Of a DNA stretch of 64,000 nucleotides, positions 10,960 to 24,039 are shown piece after piece. The translations under genes were made by a program, and so were the position numbers. Source of the DNA: Octopus sinensis (taxonomy: Eukaryota). Location of the stretch: assembly GCF_006345805.1 (NCBI RefSeq), contig NC_043010.1, forward strand, positions 62,000,001 to 62,064,000, written 5' to 3'. Numbering within the stretch: position 1 is the stretch's first letter; the number at the start of each line of letters is the position of its first letter. The notes beneath the pieces were generated by a model, which was not told where the DNA came from, did not search any database, and saw only the letters and a program-made list of their open reading frames with translations.

Positions 10960-11145
10960 CCACGAATGTGTCGGTTTCAGCGAGTTCCAAGTGAACCACT
11001 GACCAGAACTGTGTCATGTGGCCACAATGACGTCATACGTGTCCGTGACGTCACGCCGACGAAACGGACTGACCGATGTGGTCACTCCGGTCAAAGCAAA
11101 ACTTTGAGCGACATTTCTCACACCGCCTCCCTCCCTTCACTTACT
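10960..11145. promoter_or_regulatory. CpG-rich unique segment with two palindromic CRE/ATF sites; candidate promoter
   Basis: TGACGTCA at 11027-11034 and 11045-11052; high CpG density in an otherwise AT-rich, CpG-poor window. Confidence 0.45.
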
Positions 11146-11639
11146 ATCATTCCCGCTCTCACTCATTCTCTCAAACACACATACTCTGTCTGTCCTCTCT
11201 CTCTCTCTCTCTCGCTCCACACACACACTACCATATACACAGATAAAACGATGTCTCCAGGCCTGGCCTTAAATTCTCTACGTCTCACATCTTCCTGGCT
11301 ATGGCTCTCAAACGCTCTACATTCCACTGTCCCGCAGACGTATTCCCACCACACAACAATTTCAACGAACCATCTGTATACTGGGTTTTAGATTCATCTG
11401 ATCAAGAACGAAAAGGGAAATGCAAAGTTATATATTCGAATGAATAAAATCTCTTGAAATTTTATCCTTTTTACCTAATATTTCTGTATAAATACAATCA
11501 TCGACAATGTAGTGATCTATATACTTAAATACATAGACACATACAAATACCTTTCATTGTACAAGTGCACATATATGTCAACATGTACGTACATAAATTA
11601 CACATACATACATCGGTAGATTTTCAGGTCTACCCACAT

Positions 11640-11790
11640 ATCTATCTATCTATCTACTATCTATCTATCTATCTATCTATCTCTCTATCTATCTACCTAT
11701 CTATCTATCTATCTACCCATCTATCTATCTATCTACCCATCTATCTATCTATCTACCTATCTATCTACCTATCTACCTATCTATCTACCC

Positions 11791-11847
<57 letters not shown>

Positions 11848-11850
11848 CCC

Positions 11851-11906
<56 letters not shown>

Positions 11907-11945
11907 CTATCTATCTACCTACCTACCTACCTATCTATCTATCTA
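11640..11945. repeat. (TATC)n/(TACC) tetranucleotide microsatellite
   Basis: Direct inspection. Confidence 0.95.
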
Positions 11946-12034
11946 CTTGCATACATCTATGTATAAAATTATATGTCTATATATCATCATTTAACATTCG
12001 CTTTCCATACTGGCATGGGTTGGACTATGTGCTT

Positions 12035-12440
12035 AGCCTTTTACTTGTTTCAGTCATTTGACTGTGGCCATGCTGGAGCACTGCCTTTAGTCGAAGAAAG
12101 CAACACCAGAATTTCTTCTTTGTAAGCCTAGTACTTATTCTATCGATCTCTTTTTGCTGAACTGCTAGGTTTCAGGGACGTAAACACACCAACATCGGTT
12201 GTCAAGCGATAGCAGGGGAGGGGGACAAACACACACACACACACACATATATATACAGATATATATATATATATATATACGACGGGCTTCTTTCAGTTTC
12301 CGCCTACCAAATCCACTCACAAGGCTTTGGTCAGCCTGAGGCTATAGTTAGAAGACACTTGCCAAAGGTACCACATAGTGGGACTGAACCCGGAACCATG
12401 TGGTTGGGAAGCAAGCTTCTTACCACACAGCCACACCTGT
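12035..12440 (-). mobile_element. SINE family 'B', full length
   Basis: Reverse complement of the unit at 1692-2068 and 55790-56190. Confidence 0.85.
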
Positions 12441-12499
12441 GCCTATATATAATATATAATACACACACACACACATGTATATATATATGTGTACAGATA

Positions 12500-12755
12500 T
12501 ACATATCATGGTATCACAGAATTGGATGTTGTTCTACATCACTGTTCACAATGCACTTCACATCGTTTTTGTAGCTTTCAAGTGATGCCACCCCCACTGG
12601 CCAGGCAAGCAGGGGAACGTTCCCATCTTGATCAGAAAGCTAATACATCATAAGGTGCAATGAAGTGTTTGGCTCAAAATCACAAAGTGCAACCCAGTCT
12701 GCAAATCAAACCTACAATCTAGTGCAACACCCTAACCACTCGGTCACACACCTTC
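12500..12755 (-). mobile_element. tRNA-headed SINE family 'G'
   Basis: Reverse complement has head GAGTGGTTAGGGTG; body TTGAAAGCTA..AAGTGCATTGTGA..GTGATGTA..ACAACATCCAAT recurs at 63700-63830. Confidence 0.55.
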
Positions 12756-12761
12756 ACACAT

Positions 12762-12930
12762 AGGCGCAGGAGTGGCTGTGTGGTAAGTAGCTTGCTAACC
12801 AACCACATAGTCCCAGGTTCAGTCCCACTGCATAGCACCTTGGGCAAGTGTCTTCTACTATAGCCTCGTCCCGACCAAAGCCTTGTGAGTGGATTTGGTA
12901 GACGGAAACTGAAAGAAACCCGTCGTATAT
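12762..12930 (+). mobile_element. SINE family 'B', 5' half (runs into the gap)
   Basis: AGGCGCAGGAGTGGCTGTGTGGTAAG...GCACCTTGGGCAAGTG. Confidence 0.8.
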
Positions 12931-12970
12931 ATGTATATATATATATATATATTTATTATATATATTTGAT

Positions 12971-13070
12971 NNNNNNNNNNNNNNNNNNNNNNNNNNNNNN
13001 NNNNNNNNNNNNNNNNNNNNNNNNNNNNNNNNNNNNNNNNNNNNNNNNNNNNNNNNNNNNNNNNNNNNNN
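12971..13070. other. Assembly gap (100 N)
   Basis: Run of n; a round length suggests an unsized gap. Confidence 1.
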
Positions 13071-13909
13071 GAACTAGCTATATTTTTCGAATAAAAAACG
13101 TTCTAAATCATTCAATCAATTTTTCCTTGCAGAAAAGTTTTTTAGAATGGCGCCCGCAGGAATGCTTCTTCCCTTCGCCAGCCACACATTATCCAAATAC
13201 AGGGTAGCTTCTCTTGAACAGATCCAATTTATTACATTAAATTTAATTACTATAGGGCGGAAAAAATAACAAATAAACCAAATTTTAAAATGTAAAAATT
13301 AGCCGATTTTATAATTTTTACGACATTTTTCTTTTTTCTATTTTCTTAATTTGAGGTTAGGTTCTTAGTAATTTTCCCCAACGTACAAATTTTTGTTTTT
13401 TACCTTCTACATCCAACATTTGATAAATGTATGAGACATCACGATAACATATAAGTCATCCCCAAATTTTGTATTCAATTTTATTTTCTAAAAAAGCATT
13501 ATTTTAAAATATAAAAATATAAGGTGAAATGGAAAATGTAAAGAAATATATACATACGTGTGTGTGTATTTGTGTGTGTGTGTGTATCTGTGTATGTGTG
13601 TGTGTGTATCTGTGTATTTGTGTGTGTGTGTTAATTGATTACATATAAATATATCTGTTTATAAAATTAATTAGTTATAATTTTTATTGATATTTCTAAA
13701 ATTAATTTATAAATAGTCTCTCTCTCTCTCTCTTTCTTTGTTTTTCTATCTATCTCTGTAGCCATCTCTATACACACACACAAATACTATGTGTGTGTAT
13801 ATCTTATATATGTATGTGTGTGTATATATATATATGTGTGTGTGTGTGTGTATATATTTAATATATATATGTGTGTCTATATATATATATGTATATATAT
13901 ATATATGTG

Positions 13910-13944
<35 letters not shown>

Positions 13945-13953
13945 GTATATATA

Positions 13954-13998
<45 letters not shown>

Positions 13999-15919
13999 GT
14001 ATGTGTGTATATATATATATATATATTATATGTGTGTATATATATATATATGTGTATGTATATATATATATATATACATGTATATATATATATACATGTA
14101 TATATATATATAATTTTTAAAAAAATATATATATGAGTATACACAAACATACATATAGTGTGTGCATGGCATACACATACACACACACACACACACATAT
14201 ATACACACACACAAAAATGTATTCATAGATATTAACTCATTCATTCTACTCAGCATCTACTGATTTCTCCTTCTGCCTGAGACCAACGGACAGACGACAC
14301 CATTTTGGAAGGCAAATTGCTGGGGTCAGATACAGAATGTGCTCTTCTTAATTTGCCAAGAAAGGCGGATCTCCCACTAATGACCCATGCCTACCACACC
14401 GCTTTTGTCTGCCTGACCTAAGTCCTAGAGCAATCTCACCTTGCCCCGGCCTGTGATTGAACCCTTGTCTTCCCTGTTTACAGCTCTATCACAACCATCT
14501 GCTTATCACAGTCAGATCAGGAAATGCAATTCTATAAATAAACTCACAATAATCATATTTATTTCCTTTTCAATAGTGAATTTTATTTGTTTATTCATCA
14601 ATCAATATTAGCTATCATATTCACGATAGTGTTTGTTTAAATATGATAATGTTTGCTTTTTCACATTGCTTGTTTTATAATAGTGTTTATAAGCATGGTA
14701 TATTCCTTCTATAATTTTTTACTATTTTTTTTTATTCAATGCTGCTAAATGTTTATTTTTATGGTATTATTTGTTACAGATTTTATTCATTCATCACAGC
14801 TTATCTGGTTTATTTATAGCAAAACCTATTTATTCAATATTTTATGTATTTCCCTGTTATAATGTTTATGGCAATTATTGTATGATAATAGCCTATTTAT
14901 AATTTATTTCTTTTTTATTATTCATTTTATTATATATTTATAAACAGATGCATCGGTATTCCCCATTTATGAAGCCCGTTCATGATGATTTATAAAAAAA
15001 ATTTATGATAGTGTTTGTTTATGTGTTATGAGGTCTGTGTATGTATGCATGTATTTGTGTGTGTGTGTGTGTTTTATATTGTTGAATTTGTGCCTGATAT
15101 TATGTGCATATGATATTGTTTATTTATGCTGGATATTTAAATTTATAATATTGTCTATTTGATATTGTATATTGTCTACTTCTTTATGATATTGTCTTTA
15201 TCATCACCACCACTACCAACATCACCATCTTCATCATCACCACCACCACCACCACCACCACCATCATCATCATCACCACCACCACCACCACCACCACCAC
15301 CATCATCATCACCACCACCACCACCACCACCATCATCATTATCATCATCACGACCACCATCATCATCATCATAATTTAATGTCAATGTTCCATACTGGTA
15401 TGGGTTGGATGGTTTGATAGGATCTGGAAGATCTGAGGGCTGCACCATGCTCCAATGCCCTTTTTAATGCCAACCACTTTACAGCTTGTATTGATGGGTT
15501 GTGTGCATTTTTCACGGCACCAGCACTAGTGAGGTTGCCATGCTGCTTGCAGGACCAGTATCCCCTTTGATTGTGTAGGATTATAGTAAAGAGGGAGACA
15601 GCTTTATGTTATAGGATAAAGGGTTGAAATGAGAGAGAAGGGGCCAGAACAGAAGTGGTTTCTTGCTGTAGAGAAGCTCCATGGGTACTCACATTAGAGA
15701 AGGGAGGGAGAGACAAACTAGTCATGATAAGGTGTCTGGGTGGACATCCAAGAGATGAGGGGAGTAGAAGTGAGTGTGTATGGAAGAACAGGTAGTGTGT
15801 AATAGGGGGAATATTATGATGAACAAGTGTAGGATGGCAAACTGGTCTATATCTGATATTGTCTATATATATATATATATGTATGTATGTACGTATGTAT
15901 GTATGTATGTATGTATGTA

Positions 15920-15950
<31 letters not shown>

Positions 15951-16468
15951 CATCATCATCATTATATACATATATATATCTATAGAGAGAGAGAGAGTTT
16001 TTGAAGTGATGTACAGATATTGTATATATGGAAGATATGGAAGAATGTTGGGTGATTATATATATTTTTATTTATTTACATATTATTTATATTTTTAGCG
16101 CGGTCTTCTGTTATTGGAATTATCAAAAAATGGTTCAAATTTAGATTTCTTGGCCTTTTTGTAAAGAATTTTCTGGGGTTTACCAAGCAAGAGAGAAGAA
16201 AGAAAAAAGAATTTTTTCTTGAGAAGGCGGGGGAGGTAAAGAGGTGCAGCTTTTGAATACATACATACATACATATATATATATTTATTTTTTATTTCCT
16301 CTCCCTCTTTTTATTTTCTCTCCCTGTTTATTTCTGTGTTCCTTTCTGTGGAAGAGTGTAGGCTCGAAATGTTAAAGACTTTCTCACTTCCTGAGTGTTA
16401 AATTAATATGTCTGTTTGTTATTTACACACCCGTCTTCATCTTTTGTTTTTTTGTAAATTCTCACTAT

Positions 16469-16890
16469 CACGTAAAAGCACCATCCGTTCGTGTCCGTTG
16501 CCAGCCTCGCCTGGCCCCCGTGCCGGTGGCACGTAAAAGCACCATCCATTTGTGGCTGTTGCCAGCCTCGCCAGGCCCCCGTGCCGGTGGCACGTAAAAA
16601 GCACCATCCGTTCGTGGCCGTTGCCAGCCTCGCCTCGCCCCCGTGCCGGTGACACGTAAAAGCACCATCCATTCGTGGCCGTTTGCCAGCTCCGTCTGGC
16701 ACCTGTGCGGGTGGCACGTAAAAAGCACCCACTACACTCGTGGAGTGGTTGGCGTCAGGAAGGGCATCCAGCCGTAGAAACACTGCCAGATCAGATTGGA
16801 GTCTGGTGCAGCCTTCTGGCTTCACAGACCCCAGTTGAACTGTCCAACCCATGCTAGCATGGAAAACGGACGCTAAATGATGATGATGAT
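16469..16890 (+). mobile_element. RTE 3' end (family 'D') with four and a bit ~61-bp tandem units
   Basis: Units start CACGTAAAAGCACCATCC at about 16469, 16530, 16591, 16653 and 16715, followed by GGTTGGCGTCAGGAAGGGCATCCAGCCGTAGAA and a (GAT)n tail. Confidence 0.8.
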
Positions 16891-16944
16891 ATATATATAT
16901 ATATGATAATGTTTATTTATAAATGATAATGTCTATATATATGA

Positions 16945-17190
16945 TATATACCAGAGTAAGCACATAAATGTGAAACAAGGTGGGAAGAAATAGTACTCAA
17001 ATATTATTAAAGCTGCAAAAACATCACCAAAAATCACAAAAATCTGCTACTCAGAGTTTCAAATCCCCATTCATTATGTAGTTATGATCACAACTGCTTG
17101 ACGAAAGGGAACGTGAAACTCTGAGTAGAAGATTTTTGTGATATTTTTTGCGATGCTTTTGCAGCTTAAATAATAAAGTATATGGTATAT
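16945..17190. mobile_element. Fold-back element, hammerhead family 3 (degenerate core)
   Basis: Arms to 17062 and from 17113. Plus strand reads CTGC-TTGACGA-AAGGGAACGT-GAAA-CTCTGAG-TA-GAAG (17094-17131). The left arm preserves GAAACTCTGAGTAGCAG on minus. Confidence 0.65.
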
Positions 17191-17198
17191 ATATATAC

Positions 17199-17432
17199 AA
17201 GGCGGCGAGCTGGCAGAAACGTTAGCACGCCGGGCGAAATGCGTGGCCGTATTTCGTCTGCGTTACGTTGTGAGTTCAAATTCCGCCGAGGTCGATTTTG
17301 CCTTTCATCCTTTCGAGGTCGATAAATTAAGTACCAGTTACGCACTGGGGTCGATGTAATCGACTTAATACCTATGTCTGTCCTTGTTTGTCCCCTCTGT
17401 GTTTAGCCCCTTGTGGGTAATAAAGAAATAGG
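17199..17432 (+). mobile_element. SINE family 'A', full-length young copy
   Basis: AAGGCGGCGAGCTGGCAGAAACGTTAGC...GAGTTCAAATTCC...GCCTTTCATCCTTTCGAGGTCGATAAATTAAGTACC...AAAGAAATAGG. Confidence 0.9.
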
Positions 17433-17716
17433 TATATATATATATAGAAACACTGCAAGATCAGACTGGAGCCTGATGCAGCCTTCTGGCTCCCCAGACC
17501 CCGGTCAAAACGTCCAACCCGTGCTAGCACAGAAAATGGACGTTAAGCAATGATGATGATGATGATGATGGTGATGATGATATATATATTGTTGTCTGGA
17601 TACTTGACTGATGATAGATTGCTGCAAATGACCTGTCTGTCCTTTTATCGTCTATCTGTCCAGATGCTTTATTAACGACTGTTGCATTCTTGTTCCATTT
17701 TGGGGATTTATATATA

Positions 17717-17796
<80 letters not shown>

Positions 17797-18064
17797 ACAG
17801 AGTTGATTTATATATGATTGTCTATTTATAATATTGTCTACTTACGATATTGCTTTTCTATATAATATTGTGTATCTGTGTGTGTGTGTGGTATTGTCTA
17901 TTTATACGTGGTATTGTCTATACGTGATATTGCCTCTTTATGATGTTATCTGTTTATAAGTGATATTGTTTATATATTTAATATTGTATATTTATAAGTG
18001 ATCTTATCTACTTATGATATGATGTTGTCTTTTTATAAATGATATTGTCTGTCTACATATGAGG

Positions 18065-18380
18065 ATGTGAAGGCAAGTGGCTTAGTGGTTAGAGCATTCA
18101 GCTCATGTTCGTAAGGTCCTGAGTTCCATTCCTGGTAGTGCATTGTTTTCTTGGGCAAGACACTTTATTTCACACTGCTTCAATTCACTCAACTAACAAC
18201 AATGAGTAGTACCTATATTTCAAAGGAACAGCTTTGTCAGATGCTGAACTTCCCTCGGAACTACATTAAGGGTACATGTGTCTGTGGAGTGCTCAGCCAC
18301 TTGCATGTTAATTTCGCGAGCTGGCTGTTCCATTGAGTGGATCAACTGGAACCCTCGTCATCGTAACCGACGGAGTGCCT
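18065..18380 (+). mobile_element. tRNA-headed SINE sharing its 3' half with family 'C'
   Basis: Head GTGGCTTAGTGGTTAGAGC...GAGTTCCATTCC; 3' part GAACTACATTAAGGGTACATGTGTCTGTGGAGTGCTCAGCC...CGTAACCGACGGAGTGC as in 19587-19975. Confidence 0.7.
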
Positions 18381-18699
18381 GTTATATATGATGTTGTTTG
18401 TACCACTCAGGATATCCCAGAAACAGCTGTAAAGCTTCAGATTCACCTTTACTCTAATTAAATTATTCTAAATGACTTGAGATACTCGTCCTACCTTGGT
18501 TTTTGTTGTCCTTTTTCCTCCAATATAATATATACCTGCTAAGTCAAAAACCTAATACGGATCCCTGGTTCCAGTCTCAGCTGTGAACTTGGAACCTAAC
18601 GGATGACCAATTATACCACTTACACAGCTTACCTGTTCATTTAGATCACCAGTGTTCTAAACCTCTCATGTTCTCTATAATATTGAATATTTAGAAATC

Positions 18700-19030
18700 A
18701 AAATCAAAATTGCTGATGTGGTTGATGACAGTATCGCCTGATTGGCACTTGTGCCAGTGGAACGTTAAAAGCACATCCAAGTGTGATCGTTGCCAGGGCC
18801 ACAGATTGGCTCTCGTGCCAGTGACATGTAAAAAGCACCATTTGAGCGTGATCGTTGCCAGTGTCGCCCGACCAGCACATGTGCCAGTGGCACGTGAAAA
18901 ACAACATTCAAACATGGTCTGTTACCAGTGCTGACAGACTGGCTCCCATGCATGTAGCACGTAAAAAACACCTTTTGAGCATAGTTTTTGCCAGAACTGC
19001 TTGACTGGCCCTCAAGCACCCACTACACTC
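18700..19030 (+). mobile_element. Degenerate RTE 3' UTR tandem units (family 'D')
   Basis: About five diverged ~60-bp units containing GTGGCACGTAAAAAGCACC-like motifs. Confidence 0.6.
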
Positions 19031-19179
19031 TATATTGTCTATGAATAGACAATATCATTTATAGATATATAATGTATTATATAGAGAGAATATAATGTAT
19101 AAAAAAAGGATATCATAAAAAGACAACATTATATATAGACAATATCATATATAAGTAGGCAATCGCCATTGTTGTTTAA

Positions 19180-19340
19180 CCCTTTTGTTACCCTATCTCT
19201 GTTGAAATACACTGCTGTTCCTTCAATTCTTGTTTAAAATAATGAAGAATTTTATAAAGTAATTTTATTGTTATTAAGTTGGTGTTTGCCATAGAAATTA
19301 GCACAAAATCTTGAAGGAAGGCTCTAATTGAGATCACTTG
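19180..19340 (-). mobile_element. piggyBac-like MITE end, partial and inverted relative to 37103-37324
   Basis: TTAA|CCCTTTTGTTACC..CTGTTGAAAT is the reverse complement of the right end of the 37.1-kb MITE. Confidence 0.6.
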
Positions 19341-19586
19341 AACATTTTTGCTGAAAGAAAATGCCTTTGTTTCAATTAATATTTGAACTCTTTAAAATAC
19401 AGATTTTTCTATCAAATGCAACACTTATTTATCCACATTGTTTTGAATTTATACTGCATTATTTCGTGGCTTTAAGATTCCGATTGTGTGACTATATTTT
19501 TTAGACTAACATTGTGGTGTGAGAGGACAGATCTAACAATATCCACTCACAATGCTTTGGTTGACCCAAGGCTATAGTAGAAGACA

Positions 19587-19975
19587 AGGAGGCGCAATGG
19601 CCCAGTGGTTAGGGCAGCGGACTCGCGGTCATAGGATCTCGGTTTCGATTCCCAGACCGGGTGTTGTGAGTGTTTATTGAGCGAAAACACCTAAAGCTCC
19701 ACGAGGCTCCGGCAGGGGGTGGTGGTGATCCCTGCTGTACTCTTTCACCACAACTTTCTCTCACTCTTACTTCCTGTTTCTGTTGTACCTGTATTTCAAA
19801 GGGTCCAGCCTTGTCACTCCCTGTGTCACGCTGAATATCCCCGAGAACTACGATAAGGGTACACGTGTCTGTGGAGTGCTCAGCCACTTACACGTTAATT
19901 TCACGAGCAGGCTGTTCCGTTGATTTGGATCAACCGGAACCCTCGTCGTCGTAACCGACGGAGTGCTTCCATCCT
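19587..19975 (+). mobile_element. tRNA-derived SINE family 'C', inserted into a family 'B' SINE
   Basis: Head GGAGGCGCAATGGCCCAGTGGTTAGGGC..GGTTTCGATTCCC; TSD GTAGAAGACA at 19577-19586 and 19976-19985. Confidence 0.9.
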
Positions 19976-20742
19976 GTAGAAGACACTTGCCCAAGGTGCC
20001 ATGCAGTGAGATTGAACTCAGAACCATATGTTTAAGAAGCAAGCTTCTTACCACACAGCCACACCTGTGACTATATTTTTGGTCAAATTAATTTTGTTGC
20101 CTGATTCCATCCTGAACTTCTTGGCATTGTTTAAGCCAGGTCAGCTGGATCCAGCTGACCTATAATCAAAGATGTTACAGCTAGAATTATTCTGTCCGGC
20201 TTTCAACCATAACATACCTAGGACTACATTATCTAATGTGTCCTTCATTCTTTAAAACAGTAAAGTCTGATTTGAAGTTGTTTCAGTTGTTGTTTCTAGC
20301 ATATCAAATGACTATATAGAGGCTTCCTTCCATATGGTTTCATTAACTTTCCATTTTGTGATGATCACGTGATTGATCATGTGACTGGATTCATTGTCAT
20401 GGCTGAATGATTAAGATGTCAACTTTACAACCACAAGGTCTCGGGTTCAATCCTACTGAATGGCACCTTGGCTAAGGGTCTTTTTACCAACATTTGGCCC
20501 AAATAAGGCAGCAAGATGGTGGAATTGTTAGTATGCTGAACAAAATGCTCAACAGCATTCTGTCCATCTTTACATTCTGAGTTCAAATTCTGCCAAAGCT
20601 GACTTTGCTTTCATCCTTTCTGGGTCAATAAAATAACTACATTGGGGTCAATGTAATCAATTAACTTACCCACTCTCTTGAAATTGCTGGCCTTGTGCCA
20701 AAATTTTAAATCATTTATTATTTTTATTATTTGTTGCTGTTA

Positions 20743-20789
<47 letters not shown>

Positions 20790-21323
20790 TGTCTAGTGGC
20801 TGCTGCAAAAGTGGTAGTATGGTGGACCCGTTTGAAAGGGCTAAAGACGGGCACTTTCCTCTTTGGCCAAGCCCTCATCAACTTTTTCAAGTTTCACTTG
20901 AAAAGGAAGTTGAGGGTGGAGAGGGGGAAGTGTTGCCTTGTAGCAAGTTTGTTGAAAGGTGGGTGAATGTTGGAAGAATGACCAATGTGAAAGGACCAAT
21001 TCTGAGTGTGCACCTGTAAAAAAAAGGGAGAAGGGCTCTTGCCCTGTTTCAGGCACCCGTGGCTTTTGTGGGTTAAAGCACCTCCCCTATTGGATGTTTT
21101 AAATTTTGCTCTTTTTTTTTACACTTTTTTACTTGTTTCAGTCATTTGAATGTGGCCATGCATGAGCATTGCCTTTAGTCGAAAAAATCGACCCCAGAAC
21201 TTATTCTTTGTAAGCCCAGTACTTATTCTATCAGCCTCTTTTGCTGAACCATTAAGTTACGGGGACGTAAATACATCAGTTGTCAAGCGATGTTGGGGGA
21301 CAAACACAGACACACAAACATAT

Positions 21324-21358
<35 letters not shown>

Positions 21359-22629
21359 CATACACACATATATACGACAGGCTTCTTTCAGTTTCTGTCT
21401 ACCAAATCCACTCACAAGGCTTTGGTCGTCTGTCTTTACGTTCTGTGTTCAAATACTGCTGAGGTCGACTTTGCATTTCATCCTTACGGGGTCGATAAAT
21501 TAAGTACCAGTTACGTACTGGGGTTGATGTAATGGATTTCCACCCACCCACCCCTGCGTCACAAATTTCATGCCTTGTGCCTATATCTGAAAATATTATT
21601 AATTTGGGGAGCTGGCAGAATCATTAGCAGCATTTTGTCCATCTGCATGTTCTGAGTTCAATTTCCGCCAAGGTCAGCTTTTTGTCTTTCTACCTTTCGG
21701 GGGTCGATAAATCAAGTACCAGTTAAGTACTGGGGTTGATGTGACTGATTTACCCCACCCCAACAAATTTCGGGTCTTGTGCCTTTAATAGAAAGGGTTA
21801 TTAATATTGTTACTGTTGCTGTTGTTGTTGTTGTTGTTGTTGTTGATGGAGTTGTCCTTGTACTGATGAGGTTGCTGCTGCTGTTGTTGTTGTTGCTGCT
21901 GCTGCTGCTGCTGCCGCTGCTCTGCTGCTTCTTCTGCTGCTTCTTCTGCTGCTTCTTCTGCTGCTGCTAAGCTGCAGGTCAACCCTGATCAAGCAGATCT
22001 ATGTTCTAAAGCTTTCCAGTTGTGACCACCACAACCCATTATATTTTATCATATCTAGAACTGCATGACCAGATGTGTTCTTTCCTTATTTAAGATGGTC
22101 AAGTGTAACTGGAGCAATATTCAGCTGCTATTTCTAGCATGTTGACAGTTCACCGAGAGGATTTGCAATCAATAAAGATATTTGTGTGTAACACCAATGC
22201 TCCAATGGCAGTATGTGTGTGTGTGTGTGTGTGCATCTGTTCCCATGTGTGTATATGTGTATATATATATGCTTGTTTCTGGATATGTCTGCGTCAATGT
22301 ATGTGTGCATGTGTGTATGCATCTGTGTGCATCTATTCCCATGTATGTGTGTGCGTGTGTGTGTGTGTGTGAGAGAGAGAAAGAGAGAGAGAAGCTAGAT
22401 ATGTGTCATAGCAAGCTGTGCACACACACACACACATGCATGCACATACGCATGCACACACAGAGGAAGCAGCGTTCCTGATGGTATGCAGTTGTCTAGA
22501 GTATGTGACAGGAAGGTTGAAGCCCCAGGCAGGACTAATATATTCTGCGTTCGATAGAACAGATCTACTCTTTGATAATTACTGCCATTTTGGCCAAATT
22601 ATAGAGTGCCATCTTTGTTTATCTGGAGA

Positions 22630-23340
22630 TAATGGTGGGGGTGATGGTGGTGGTGGTGGTGGTGGTGGTGGTGGTGGTGGTGGTGGTGGTGGTGGTTGGT
22701 GGTGGTGATGTTGGCATTGACGGTGGTGGCGCTGGCGGCAGCAGCATAGGTGTTTAGCGATGGTGATTATGATGATAATGATGATGATGATGATGATGAT
22801 GATTGTGGTGGTGATGTTAATAGTGGTTGTGGTGATGATGATGATGTGGTGTCAGGGGTGGTGGTGGTGGTGGTGGTGGTGGCGGTGGTGGTGTGGTGGT
22901 GGTGGCGGTGGCGGTGGTGGTGGTGGTGTGTGGCGGTGGTGGTGGTGGCGGTGGTGTGGTGGTGTGGTGGTGGTGGTGGTGGTGGTGGTGGTGGTGGCGG
23001 CGGCGCGGCGGCGGTGGTGGTGGTGGTGGTGGTGGTGGTGGTGGTGGTGGTGGTGGTGGTGGGCGGTGGTGGTGGTGGTGGTGGCGGTGGCGGTGGCGGT
23101 GGTGGTGGTGGCGGTGGTGGTGGTGAGGTGACAGAGCTGCTAATACTGTGACTAGTTGTGGACGTGCAGTTTTTTTTGTGTGTTGGCAGCAGTGTTCGTA
23201 GTGGTTGTGGTGGTTATGATGTTGGCTCATGTTATAGCGGTGGTATTCATGGTGGTGGTGGTAGTGTTGGAATTGAGAATTGTAGTGGTAGTGAAGATAA
23301 TGGTGGTGGTGGTGGTGGTGGTGGTGATGGAGCCAGTGGT
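22630..23340. repeat. Long imperfect (GGT)n/(GGC)/(GAT) trinucleotide array
   Basis: Direct inspection; gives spurious poly-G/V/W/P/H ORFs. Confidence 0.95.
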
Positions 23341-23740
23341 AGTGTGTATGGCTGTAGCAGAGGCGGTAGTTGTGGTGGGTGGGGCAATACGGAAGGTGAA
23401 AATTCTAGTTGGTCTGAGGTAACTTACATTTGATCTCTCTGTATATATATATATATATATATAATATATATATATATATATCCATACTGATAAAAATGGT
23501 AATACAACAAAAGAATGAAAGAGACCTGGATATTATGTAAATAGAGGAATTTATCTGTAAATGTAATTTGTGACAATTATTTGGTAGCCAAGATACAACT
23601 CTGAGTTTCGGATGCCGAGGAGGAAATACACGTCGCCATCTCTTCAGTTATCCGGTCATCGGAAAAAATGCTACAAAAAATGATAAAACTCGGAGTTTCA
23701 TCATGGCTAATGAATAATTGTCACATATTACATTTACAGA

Positions 23741-23749
<9 letters not shown>

Positions 23750-23787
<38 letters not shown>

Positions 23788-24010
23788 TTAGCGTCCGTTT
23801 TCCATGCTGGCATGGGTTGGACGGTTCAACTGGGGTCTGGGAAGCCAGAAGGCTGCACCAGGCCCAGCCTGATCTGGCAATGTTTCTACGGCTGGATGCC
23901 CTCCCTAATGCCAACCACTCCGTGAGTGTAGTGGGTGCTTTTTACGTGCCACCAGCACAGGTGCCTGACGAGGCTGGCAAACGGCCATGGTTGGATGGTG
24001 CTTTTTACGT
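23750..24010 (-). mobile_element. RTE 3' end (family 'D')
   Basis: (CAT)n followed by TTTAGCGTCCGTTTTCCATGCTGGCATGGGTTGGACGG...GGATGCCCTCCCTAATGCCAACCAC. Confidence 0.75.
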
Positions 24011-24039
24011 GCCATATATGGGTACAGGACATCACAAAC

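Noticed and set aside
13746-14256. YI/CV-repeat ORFs here and at 4.2-5.2, 27.5-28.8, 30-30.3, 31.7-34.4, 42.8-44.3 and 47.9-48.5 kb
   Set aside because: Dinucleotide and tetranucleotide microsatellite artefacts.
16469-16730. Regularly spaced ~61-bp repeats as a CRISPR array
   Set aside because: Whole units repeat with no unique spacers; the array is part of an RTE 3' UTR in eukaryotic DNA with no cas genes.
22750-23433. Gly/Val/Trp/Pro/His-rich ORFs
   Set aside because: Translations of (GGT)n repeats, open in several frames on both strands, with no domain or splice evidence.
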